Shown here piece by piece: positions 57,058 through 64,000 of a stretch of DNA of 64,000 nt. The position numbers and the translations under genes were made by a program. Below the pieces are notes generated by a model, which worked only from the letters and a program-made list of their open reading frames with translations, searched no databases and was not told the DNA's origin. The stretch comes from Escherichia coli (GTDB lineage: Bacteria; Pseudomonadota; Gammaproteobacteria; Enterobacterales; Enterobacteriaceae): assembly GCF_013122565.1 (NCBI RefSeq), contig NZ_CP053258.1. One strand, 5' to 3'. The number at the start of each line of letters is the position of its first letter. Positions within the stretch are counted from its first letter, which is position 1.

Positions 57058-57359
57058 AATCGCAATAATATATTGGCTGTCTATTCATCGTGTTAATAAG
57101 ATATATGCTATATGAATGTTTATTAAATGTAGCGATTATATGTAATGTCACGAAAAGGGATTATTTGCTTACTATTAATTTCCCTACGTTCTTAAACATG
57201 TTTTTTGTATTATAAATCCAGTCATCCTGCCCGTAGAACATCACACATTATCATCCTGTTCTCCCGCTTCGTTTAAATTTTTTATCAATCAATTTGACTT
57301 AAGAGGGCGGCGTGCTACATTAATAAACAGTAATATGTTTATGTAATATTAAGTCAACT

Positions 57360-58184
57360 ATGCAATCACTACATGGGAATTGTCTAATTGCGTACGCTAG
57401 ACATAAATATATTCTCACCATGGTTAATGGTGAATATCGCTATTTTAATGGCGGTGACCTGGTTTTTGCGGATGCAAGCCAAATTCGAGTAGATAAGTGT
57501 GTTGAAAATTTTGTATTAGTATCAAGGGATACACTTTCATTATTTCTCCCGATGCTCAAGGAGGAGGCATTAAATCTTCATGCACATAAAAAAGTTCTTT
57601 CATTACTCATTCATCACTGTAGCAGAGATATTCCTTTTTTTCAGGAAGTTGCGCAACTATCGCAGAATAAGAATCTTCGCTATGCAGAAATGTTACGTAA
57701 AAGAGCATTAATCTTTGCGTTGTTATCTGTTTTTCTTGAGGATGAGCACTTTATACCGCTGCTTCTGAACGTTTTACAACCGAACATGCGAACACGAGTT
57801 TGTACGGTTATCAATAATAATATCGCTCATGAGTGGACACTAGCTCGAATCGCCAGCGAGCTATTGATGAGTCCAAGCCTGTTAAAGAAAAAATTGCGCG
57901 AAGAAGAGACATCATATTCACAGTTGCTTACTGAGTGTAGAATGCAACGTGCTTTGCAACTTATTGTTATACATGGATTTTCAATTAAGCGAGTCGCAGT
58001 GTCCTGTGGATATCACAGCGTGTCGTATTTCATTTACGTCTTTCGAAATTATTATGGGATGACGCCCACAGAGTATCAGGAGCGATCGGCGCAGGGATTG
58101 TCGAACTGTGACTCGGCGGCAAGTATGGTTGCGCAAGGAAATTTTTACGGTATTGACTGTTCTGCGGAAGAAATAAGATTATAG
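57360..58184 (+). CDS. gadX: AraC-family acid-resistance regulator GadX
   Basis: 274 aa; C-terminal AraC-type HTH; matches remembered GadX. Confidence 0.92.
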   Translation: MQSLHGNCLIAYARHKYILTMVNGEYRYFNGGDLVFADASQIRVDKCVENFVLVSRDTLSLFLPMLKEEALNLHAHKKVLSLLIHHCSRDIPFFQEVAQLSQNKNLRYAEMLRKRALIFALLSVFLEDEHFIPLLLNVLQPNMRTRVCTVINNNIAHEWTLARIASELLMSPSLLKKKLREEETSYSQLLTECRMQRALQLIVIHGFSIKRVAVSCGYHSVSYFIYVFRNYYGMTPTEYQERSAQGLSNCDSAASMVAQGNFYGIDCSAEEIRL

Positions 58185-58200
58185 AGTTTTACTCAGGCAT

Positions 58201-58306
58201 AAAAAAAACCCGGCATAGGGGACCGGGAAGAGGATAGTCTGCCGTCTCCAGACTAATAAACCGTTATAACACTCCCTGTTGGCACGGGAAACTTTGTGCT
58301 CTCAGT
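58201..58306 (-). ncRNA. gadY: Small RNA GadY (antisense to gadX 3-prime UTR)
   Basis: Reverse complement of 58201-58306 reads actgagagcacaaagtttcccgtgccaacaggg...cccggtcccctatgccgggtttttttt, matching remembered GadY including its terminator. Confidence 0.8.
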
Positions 58307-58552
58307 AAGTTAAATATAACTTTTACTGGAAATAAGATCAGCCATTTTTTTATAAACATAAGCTATACGCTGTGTGAAAATATATTCTTATTGCATTTAC
58401 TAATTTTTAATCAACTGTTATGCAAAACTACTTTTTGGATAAATTTTGGTCCTACCAAATATGGCAGTTTTTGCACTAAGAAACAGTCTGGCATCATTTC
58501 ATTAGTATACTGAAATTGAAATAATCGCAGTAATGAAATATAAGGGATAATC

Positions 58553-59281
58553 ATGACTCATGTCTGCTCGGTGATCCTCGTTCGTCGTTCATTCGATATT
58601 TATCATGAACAGCAAAAAATATCGCTGCATAACGAGAGTATCCTGCTGCTGGAGAAAAATTTGGCAGACGATTTTGCGTTTTGTTCACCGGATACGCGAC
58701 GACTGGATATCGATGAGCTGACAGTTTGCCATTACTTACAAAATATTCGTCAGCTACCACGCAATTTAGGGTTACATAGCAAAGACCGTTTGTTAATTAA
58801 CCAGTCACCCCCCATGCCACTGGTGACGGCGATTTTTGATAGCTTCAATGAATCCGGGGTAAATTCACCGATACTGAGCAATATGCTCTACCTTTCCTGT
58901 TTATCGATGTTTTCTCATAAGAAAGAACTTATCCCCTTACTTTTCAATAGCATCAGCACTGTTTCAGGAAAAGTTGAACGCCTTATTAGCTTTGATATCG
59001 CTAAACGTTGGTATCTGCGCGATATCGCGGAAAGAATGTATACCAGCGAGAGTCTCATCAAAAAAAAGTTGCAGGATGAAAACACCTGTTTCAGTAAAAT
59101 ATTACTCGCCTCCAGGATGTCGATGGCCAGACGATTACTCGAGTTACGTCAAATTCCTCTGCATACTATTGCGGAAAAATGTGGCTATAGCAGTACATCG
59201 TACTTTATAAACACATTTCGACAATATTATGGTGTAACGCCACATCAGTTTGCGCAACATTCGCCAGGTACCTTTTCCTGA
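58553..59281 (+). CDS. gadW: AraC-family acid-resistance regulator GadW
   Basis: 242 aa; AraC-type HTH; matches remembered GadW. Confidence 0.92.
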   Translation: MTHVCSVILVRRSFDIYHEQQKISLHNESILLLEKNLADDFAFCSPDTRRLDIDELTVCHYLQNIRQLPRNLGLHSKDRLLINQSPPMPLVTAIFDSFNESGVNSPILSNMLYLSCLSMFSHKKELIPLLFNSISTVSGKVERLISFDIAKRWYLRDIAERMYTSESLIKKKLQDENTCFSKILLASRMSMARRLLELRQIPLHTIAEKCGYSSTSYFINTFRQYYGVTPHQFAQHSPGTFS

Positions 59282-59643
59282 CATATTTCGCATTTGAATA
59301 TTGGTCAGGATCTCACACCTGCTTCATGTGAAACTCTTCCCTGATGATTTCTGCCGGGCTACCGGCTAGTTCTCTTTCGCAGTTTGCCAGGCGGTATAGG
59401 TATTTTCAGGAGGAAAAGACTCGGCATGTTTGGGATTATTAAGCTGACAATTCATACGATTACGGGAATGTGGGTCAGTATTGTGTTGTTCAAATTGATG
59501 ACGAATGGCTGGAGTGGTTTCTACTTTCAGTGCTGTGTACTAAGCCTGGTATTCCTGACGGTTAGCTGGTTGTTGAGTGGTGAATGGTTAGCAGGAAAGA
59601 GTAAGGCTGAACCCTCACGTTCAACCTTACTCTCATTTACACG

Positions 59644-62600
59644 TTACGCTTTTTTAAAGCGGACAAAGAGATGTTCCACTACAACAAAAAAGACCGGAAC
59701 GAAGTAAATTGCCAGCACTGTTGCGGCAAACATCCCGCCCATCACGCCGGTACCTACCGCGTTTTGCGCGCCAGAACCGGCACCATGACTGATAACCAGC
59801 GGCAGCACGCCGAGAATAAAGGCCAGAGAGGTCATCAGGATTGGGCGTAAACGCATCCGTGCCGCTTCGATGATTGCCTCTATCGGCGTTTTCCCTTCTT
59901 TCTGCATCATCTCAACGGCAAATTCGACAATCAGGATGGCGTTCTTGGCGGAAAGCCCGATGGTGGTCAGCAAACCAACCTGGAAGTAGACGTCATTACT
60001 TAAGCCGCGCAGATCGGTGGCCAGTAATGCGCCAACGACGCCTAACGGAACAACCAACATCACCGAGAACGGAATTGACCAGCTCTCATAGAGTGCGGCG
60101 AGGGCGAGGAACACCACGACCAGTGAAATGGCATACAGTGCAGGAGCCTGGTTTGAGGATAACGCTTCCTGATACGACAGCCCGGTCCATGAGTAGCCGA
60201 CGCCTGCCGGAAGTTTAGCGACCAGGTCTGCCATAAATTTCATAGCGTCGCCGGTACTTTTCCCGGCCGCCGCTTCACCTAAAATCTCCATTGACGGGAT
60301 GCCGTTGTAGCGTTCCAGTCGCGGTGAACCATAGGTCCATTCGGTAGACGAGTAGGCAGAAAGCGGTGCCATCGTGCCAGAGGCGTTGCGTACATACCAT
60401 TGGTTGATGTTATCCGGCAACATACGGAATGGCGTGCCTGCCTGGACATACACTTTTTTCACCCGCCCCTGGTTGAGGAAGTCGTTCACGTAGCTGCTGC
60501 CGAAGGCGGTGGAAATTGTCTGGTTGATATCAGACAGCGCCACGCCCATCGCTTCAGCTTTCGCAGCGTTGACGTTGACTTTGAACATCGGCGTATCTTC
60601 CAGGCCGTTCGGGCGTACCCCGGTGACCTGATTCGGTGATTGCGCTGCCAGTGATAACAGCTCGTTTCGCGCCTGGGTTAGTTTTTCGTGCCCCAGGTTA
60701 CCGTTGTCCAGCAGTTCCATATCAAAACCTGACGCGGTACCCAGTTCAGCCACCGCGGGTAAGTTGAATGGGAAGACGACGGCTTTATTGATACTGCTTA
60801 ACGCAATCATTGCCCGCTGAATGATCGCGGTAACCGAGTTTTCCTCACCGACACGTTCAGACCACGGCTTGAGACTGATAAACGCCAGGCCGTTGTTTTG
60901 CCCCTGGCCGCTGAAGCCAAAGCCGCCAACGGTAAATACCGACTGGACATTATCTTTCTCTTTAGTCAGATAATAATCCGTCACCTGTTGCAGCACTTTC
61001 GTGGTGTTAACCATGGTGGCACCGGAAGGTAACTGCGCGGTGGTCATAAATACCCCCTGATCCTCTTCTGGTAAGAAAGAGGTCGGCGTGCGCAGGAACA
61101 GCACCGCCATCCCGGCGCAAATCAGGAGGTAGACCACCATGTAGCGACCGGTACAACGCAACAGCGAGCGGGTGCTATCGGTATAGTGCTGAGTTGATTT
61201 TTCAAACAGCGTGTTGAAGCGTGCGAACAGGGCGTTAGGTTTATGACCGCCTTCCGGCGCGGCTTTCAGAATGGTGGCGCACAGGGCAGGGGTCAGGCTC
61301 ATTGCCACAAATACTGAAAGCAGCATGGAGGAGATCAGCGTGATGGAGAACTGGCGGTAGATCTCCCCGGTTGCACCGCTCATAAAGGCCATCGGCATAA
61401 ACACTGCGGAAAGAACAACGGCAATCCCGACCAGCGCACGTTGGATCTGCCCCATCGATTTATGCGTCGCTTCCTTCGGCGGTAGCTTATCTTCCGCAAT
61501 GACACGCTCGACGTTCTCCACCACCACGATGGCGTCATCCACCAGTAACCCTATCGCCAGCACCATCCCGAACATAGTCAACGTGTTGATGGTGAAACCG
61601 ACCGCCGACAAGATCGCAAACGTCCCGAGAATAACCACCGGTACGGCAATCGTCGGGATGATTGTGGCACGGAAATTCTGCAAAAACAGATACATGACCA
61701 GGAAGACGAGGATGATAGCCTCAACCAGTGTTTTGAAAACTTCCTGAATAGAAATTTCGATAAACGGCGTGGTGTCGTAAGGATAAACCGTCTTCAGACT
61801 TGCCGGGAAATAGGCTGATAAGCGGTTCAGTTCCTCTTTGACTGCCCGCGAGGTATCCAGGGCGTTTGCTCCGGCAGCCAGTTTGATGGCGATCCCGGCA
61901 GCAGGTTTGCCGTTATAGCGCGCCACGGTGGAATAATCTTCCGCCCCAAGTTCGACGCGGGCGACATCACGCAGCAGCACTTGCGAACCATCTTGCTGAA
62001 CTTTCAACAGGATTTTGCCAAATTCTTCCGGCGTTTGCAGACGCGTCTGCACAATGATCGAGGCGTTTAGTTGCTGGTCTGCTGCCTGTGGCATGCCACC
62101 CAGTTGACCACCAGAAATCTGGTTGTTCTGCACCTTAATCTGGGAAATAACATCGGAAGGTACCAGGTTATATTTATTGAGTTTTTGCGGATCCAGCCAG
62201 ATCCGCATGGCGTACTCGGAACCAAAGAGCTGTACGCTACCAACGCCCGCGGTACGGCTTAGTGGGTCTTTGATATTAGACGCTACATAGTCCGCGATAT
62301 CGTACTGGTTGAGGCTGCCGTTATCAGAAATAAACGCCGCTACCATTAGGATATTACTGCTCGATTTATCGACGCTAATCCCCTGCTGCTGCACTGCTTC
62401 AGGTAATGAAGGCATAGCGAGTTGCAGTTTATTTTGCACCTGAACCTGTGCGATATCAGGAGATGTCCCAGTCTCGAAGGTCAGAGTGATAGAGGCATTA
62501 CCCGCCGCATCACTGGTTGAAGACATGTACATCAGGCCATCAAGCCCATTCATATTTTGCTCAATCACCTGAGTGACCGAGTCTTCTACCGTTTGCGCAT

Positions 62601-62757
62601 CGGCACCCGGATAGGTAGCGCTGACGGTAATGGTCGGTGGCGCAATCTGCGGATACTGCGCAACCGGTAAGTTCATGATCGCCAGACCACCTGCAAGCAT
62701 CATAATAATGGCAAGTACCCAGGCAAAAACCGGGCGATCAATAAAATAGTTAGCCAT
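59644..62757 (-). CDS. mdtF: RND multidrug efflux pump inner-membrane transporter
   Basis: 1037 aa; AcrB-family RND topology; matches remembered MdtF. Confidence 0.93.
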   Translation of the reverse strand: MANYFIDRPVFAWVLAIIMMLAGGLAIMNLPVAQYPQIAPPTITVSATYPGADAQTVEDSVTQVIEQNMNGLDGLMYMSSTSDAAGNASITLTFETGTSPDIAQVQVQNKLQLAMPSLPEAVQQQGISVDKSSSNILMVAAFISDNGSLNQYDIADYVASNIKDPLSRTAGVGSVQLFGSEYAMRIWLDPQKLNKYNLVPSDVISQIKVQNNQISGGQLGGMPQAADQQLNASIIVQTRLQTPEEFGKILLKVQQDGSQVLLRDVARVELGAEDYSTVARYNGKPAAGIAIKLAAGANALDTSRAVKEELNRLSAYFPASLKTVYPYDTTPFIEISIQEVFKTLVEAIILVFLVMYLFLQNFRATIIPTIAVPVVILGTFAILSAVGFTINTLTMFGMVLAIGLLVDDAIVVVENVERVIAEDKLPPKEATHKSMGQIQRALVGIAVVLSAVFMPMAFMSGATGEIYRQFSITLISSMLLSVFVAMSLTPALCATILKAAPEGGHKPNALFARFNTLFEKSTQHYTDSTRSLLRCTGRYMVVYLLICAGMAVLFLRTPTSFLPEEDQGVFMTTAQLPSGATMVNTTKVLQQVTDYYLTKEKDNVQSVFTVGGFGFSGQGQNNGLAFISLKPWSERVGEENSVTAIIQRAMIALSSINKAVVFPFNLPAVAELGTASGFDMELLDNGNLGHEKLTQARNELLSLAAQSPNQVTGVRPNGLEDTPMFKVNVNAAKAEAMGVALSDINQTISTAFGSSYVNDFLNQGRVKKVYVQAGTPFRMLPDNINQWYVRNASGTMAPLSAYSSTEWTYGSPRLERYNGIPSMEILGEAAAGKSTGDAMKFMADLVAKLPAGVGYSWTGLSYQEALSSNQAPALYAISLVVVFLALAALYESWSIPFSVMLVVPLGVVGALLATDLRGLSNDVYFQVGLLTTIGLSAKNAILIVEFAVEMMQKEGKTPIEAIIEAARMRLRPILMTSLAFILGVLPLVISHGAGSGAQNAVGTGVMGGMFAATVLAIYFVPVFFVVVEHLFVRFKKA

Positions 62758-62781
62758 GAAAGTCCCCTTAAGCCTGCAACG

Positions 62782-63939
62782 TTATTGTTTCGATTCGGTG
62801 CTGGCGTTTTCCTGGCCGGAGGAAATTGCTCGTGCTTTGATACCCGGACGAATGCGTTGCAAACCGGAAACGATCACCCGATCGCCAGCCTGCAAGCCAG
62901 AGGTGACGACCCACTGGTCGCCGATGGCTTTGCTGGCTTCAATTTCGCGTAGCTGCACGACATCGTCTTTATCCAGAATGAGCGCCGTTGCTTTACCCTG
63001 GGCGTTGTGGGTGACGCCTTCCTGCGGCACCAGTAATACATTCTGGCGGCTACCTTCATCCACTAATGCCGTGACATACATGCCAGGCAGCAAGTCACCA
63101 TTTGGGTTGGGGAAAATCGCCCGTAACGTCACGGAGCCCGTGGTTTCATCCACCGTCGGGTCGGAGAATTTCAACGTGCCGGTCTGGCTGTAACGTTTAC
63201 CATTTTCCAGATTGAGCTGTACTGGCGTACTGCCCTGAATCTGTTTGATTTGCCCATTGGCGACCTCTTCTTTCATACGCAAGAAATCCTGCACCGACTG
63301 CGTGAGATCGACATAAATCGGGTCCAGACGTTGTATGGTAACCAGCGAATCTGCCTGATTAGCGGTAACGAGTGCGCCAACGGTCACCGACGATTTCCCG
63401 CTGACGCCCGTAATCGGCGAGGTGACATTCGCGTATTGCAGATTGATCGTCGCCTGTTCAACAGCCGCTTTGGCGACGGTGACATTGGCTTCTGCTTCAT
63501 TCAGCTGGGTGCGCGCGGTGTCGTAATCCTGACGGCTAACGTAGTTGGTCTTCAGCAACGATGCCTGGCGGTTAAAGGTGATGCGGGCATTGCTGGCGGT
63601 AGAGAGCGCTTTCGCCAGCGAGCCTTTGGCGGAGTTTAGCTCGGCCTGTAAAGGTGCAGGGTCAATCTGGTACAGCGAATCGCCCTGGTTCACTTTATCG
63701 CCTTCGATAAAGTTGCGTTTAATGATAATACCACCCACCTGGGGACGTATCTCGGCAACTTCATAAGGAACGGTTCTACCGGGCAATTCGCTCAACACAT
63801 TGACCGAACCGGGGGAGAGTGTGACGACACCGACCTCAGGCGTCATGGCGGCGGCGTTTTCCGCCGATTTGTCATCGCAGGCGGTGAGCATCGCGCCGCA
63901 GAATAACAACGGTATTAACAGCTTTCTTCTTCTGTTCAT
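62782..63939 (-). CDS. mdtE: RND efflux membrane fusion protein
   Basis: 385 aa with lipoprotein signal (LLFCGAMLTAC); AcrA-family; matches remembered MdtE. Confidence 0.93.
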   Translation of the reverse strand: MNRRRKLLIPLLFCGAMLTACDDKSAENAAAMTPEVGVVTLSPGSVNVLSELPGRTVPYEVAEIRPQVGGIIIKRNFIEGDKVNQGDSLYQIDPAPLQAELNSAKGSLAKALSTASNARITFNRQASLLKTNYVSRQDYDTARTQLNEAEANVTVAKAAVEQATINLQYANVTSPITGVSGKSSVTVGALVTANQADSLVTIQRLDPIYVDLTQSVQDFLRMKEEVANGQIKQIQGSTPVQLNLENGKRYSQTGTLKFSDPTVDETTGSVTLRAIFPNPNGDLLPGMYVTALVDEGSRQNVLLVPQEGVTHNAQGKATALILDKDDVVQLREIEASKAIGDQWVVTSGLQAGDRVIVSGLQRIRPGIKARAISSGQENASTESKQ

Positions 63940-64000
63940 TTTAGTCCCTGAAAATTCTTGAGAAATAACGGTTCTTTAAATTGCGCGCGAGGAGAGATAT

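Noticed and set aside
55737-57065. Minus-strand ORFs (191 and 219 aa) antisense to gadA
   Set aside because: Antisense to a highly conserved gene with no independent start signals; treated as frame artefacts.

Overview
This window is an Escherichia coli chromosomal segment corresponding to the K-12 yhjX to mdtE region, read in the opposite orientation to the MG1655 reference. All identifications come from reading the sequence and ORF track against remembered protein families; no database search was run. The conserved backbone is yhjX (3-prime part), eptB, tRNA-Pro proK, dppABCDF, yhjV, the ldr/rdl toxin-antitoxin locus, the cellulose locus bcsGFE / bcsRQABZC, pdeK, dctA, yhjJ, kdgK, pdeH, yhjG, yhjE, yhjD, yhjC, yhjB, treF, yhjA, gadA, gadX, gadY, gadW, mdtF and mdtE. 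Three parts differ from what I remember of K-12. (1) A complete lpf1-type chaperone-usher fimbrial operon (lpfABCDE) sits between yhjX and eptB. (2) The ldr/rdl locus is a three-copy tandem array where K-12 has a single ldrD/rdlD. (3) About 5.5 kb lies between the convergent 3-prime ends of yhjJ and kdgK, where K-12 has only a short intergenic gap. This third region is the best candidate for an undescribed system: five small same-strand ORFs in AT-rich DNA, convergent with a translationally coupled two-gene module encoding exported proteins (a secreted ~400 aa protein and a ~680 aa putative lipoprotein). I could assign no family to any of the seven, so the function is open. bcsQ is intact here, unlike the K-12 allele with a stop at codon 6. 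No IS element, integrase or CRISPR array was seen.
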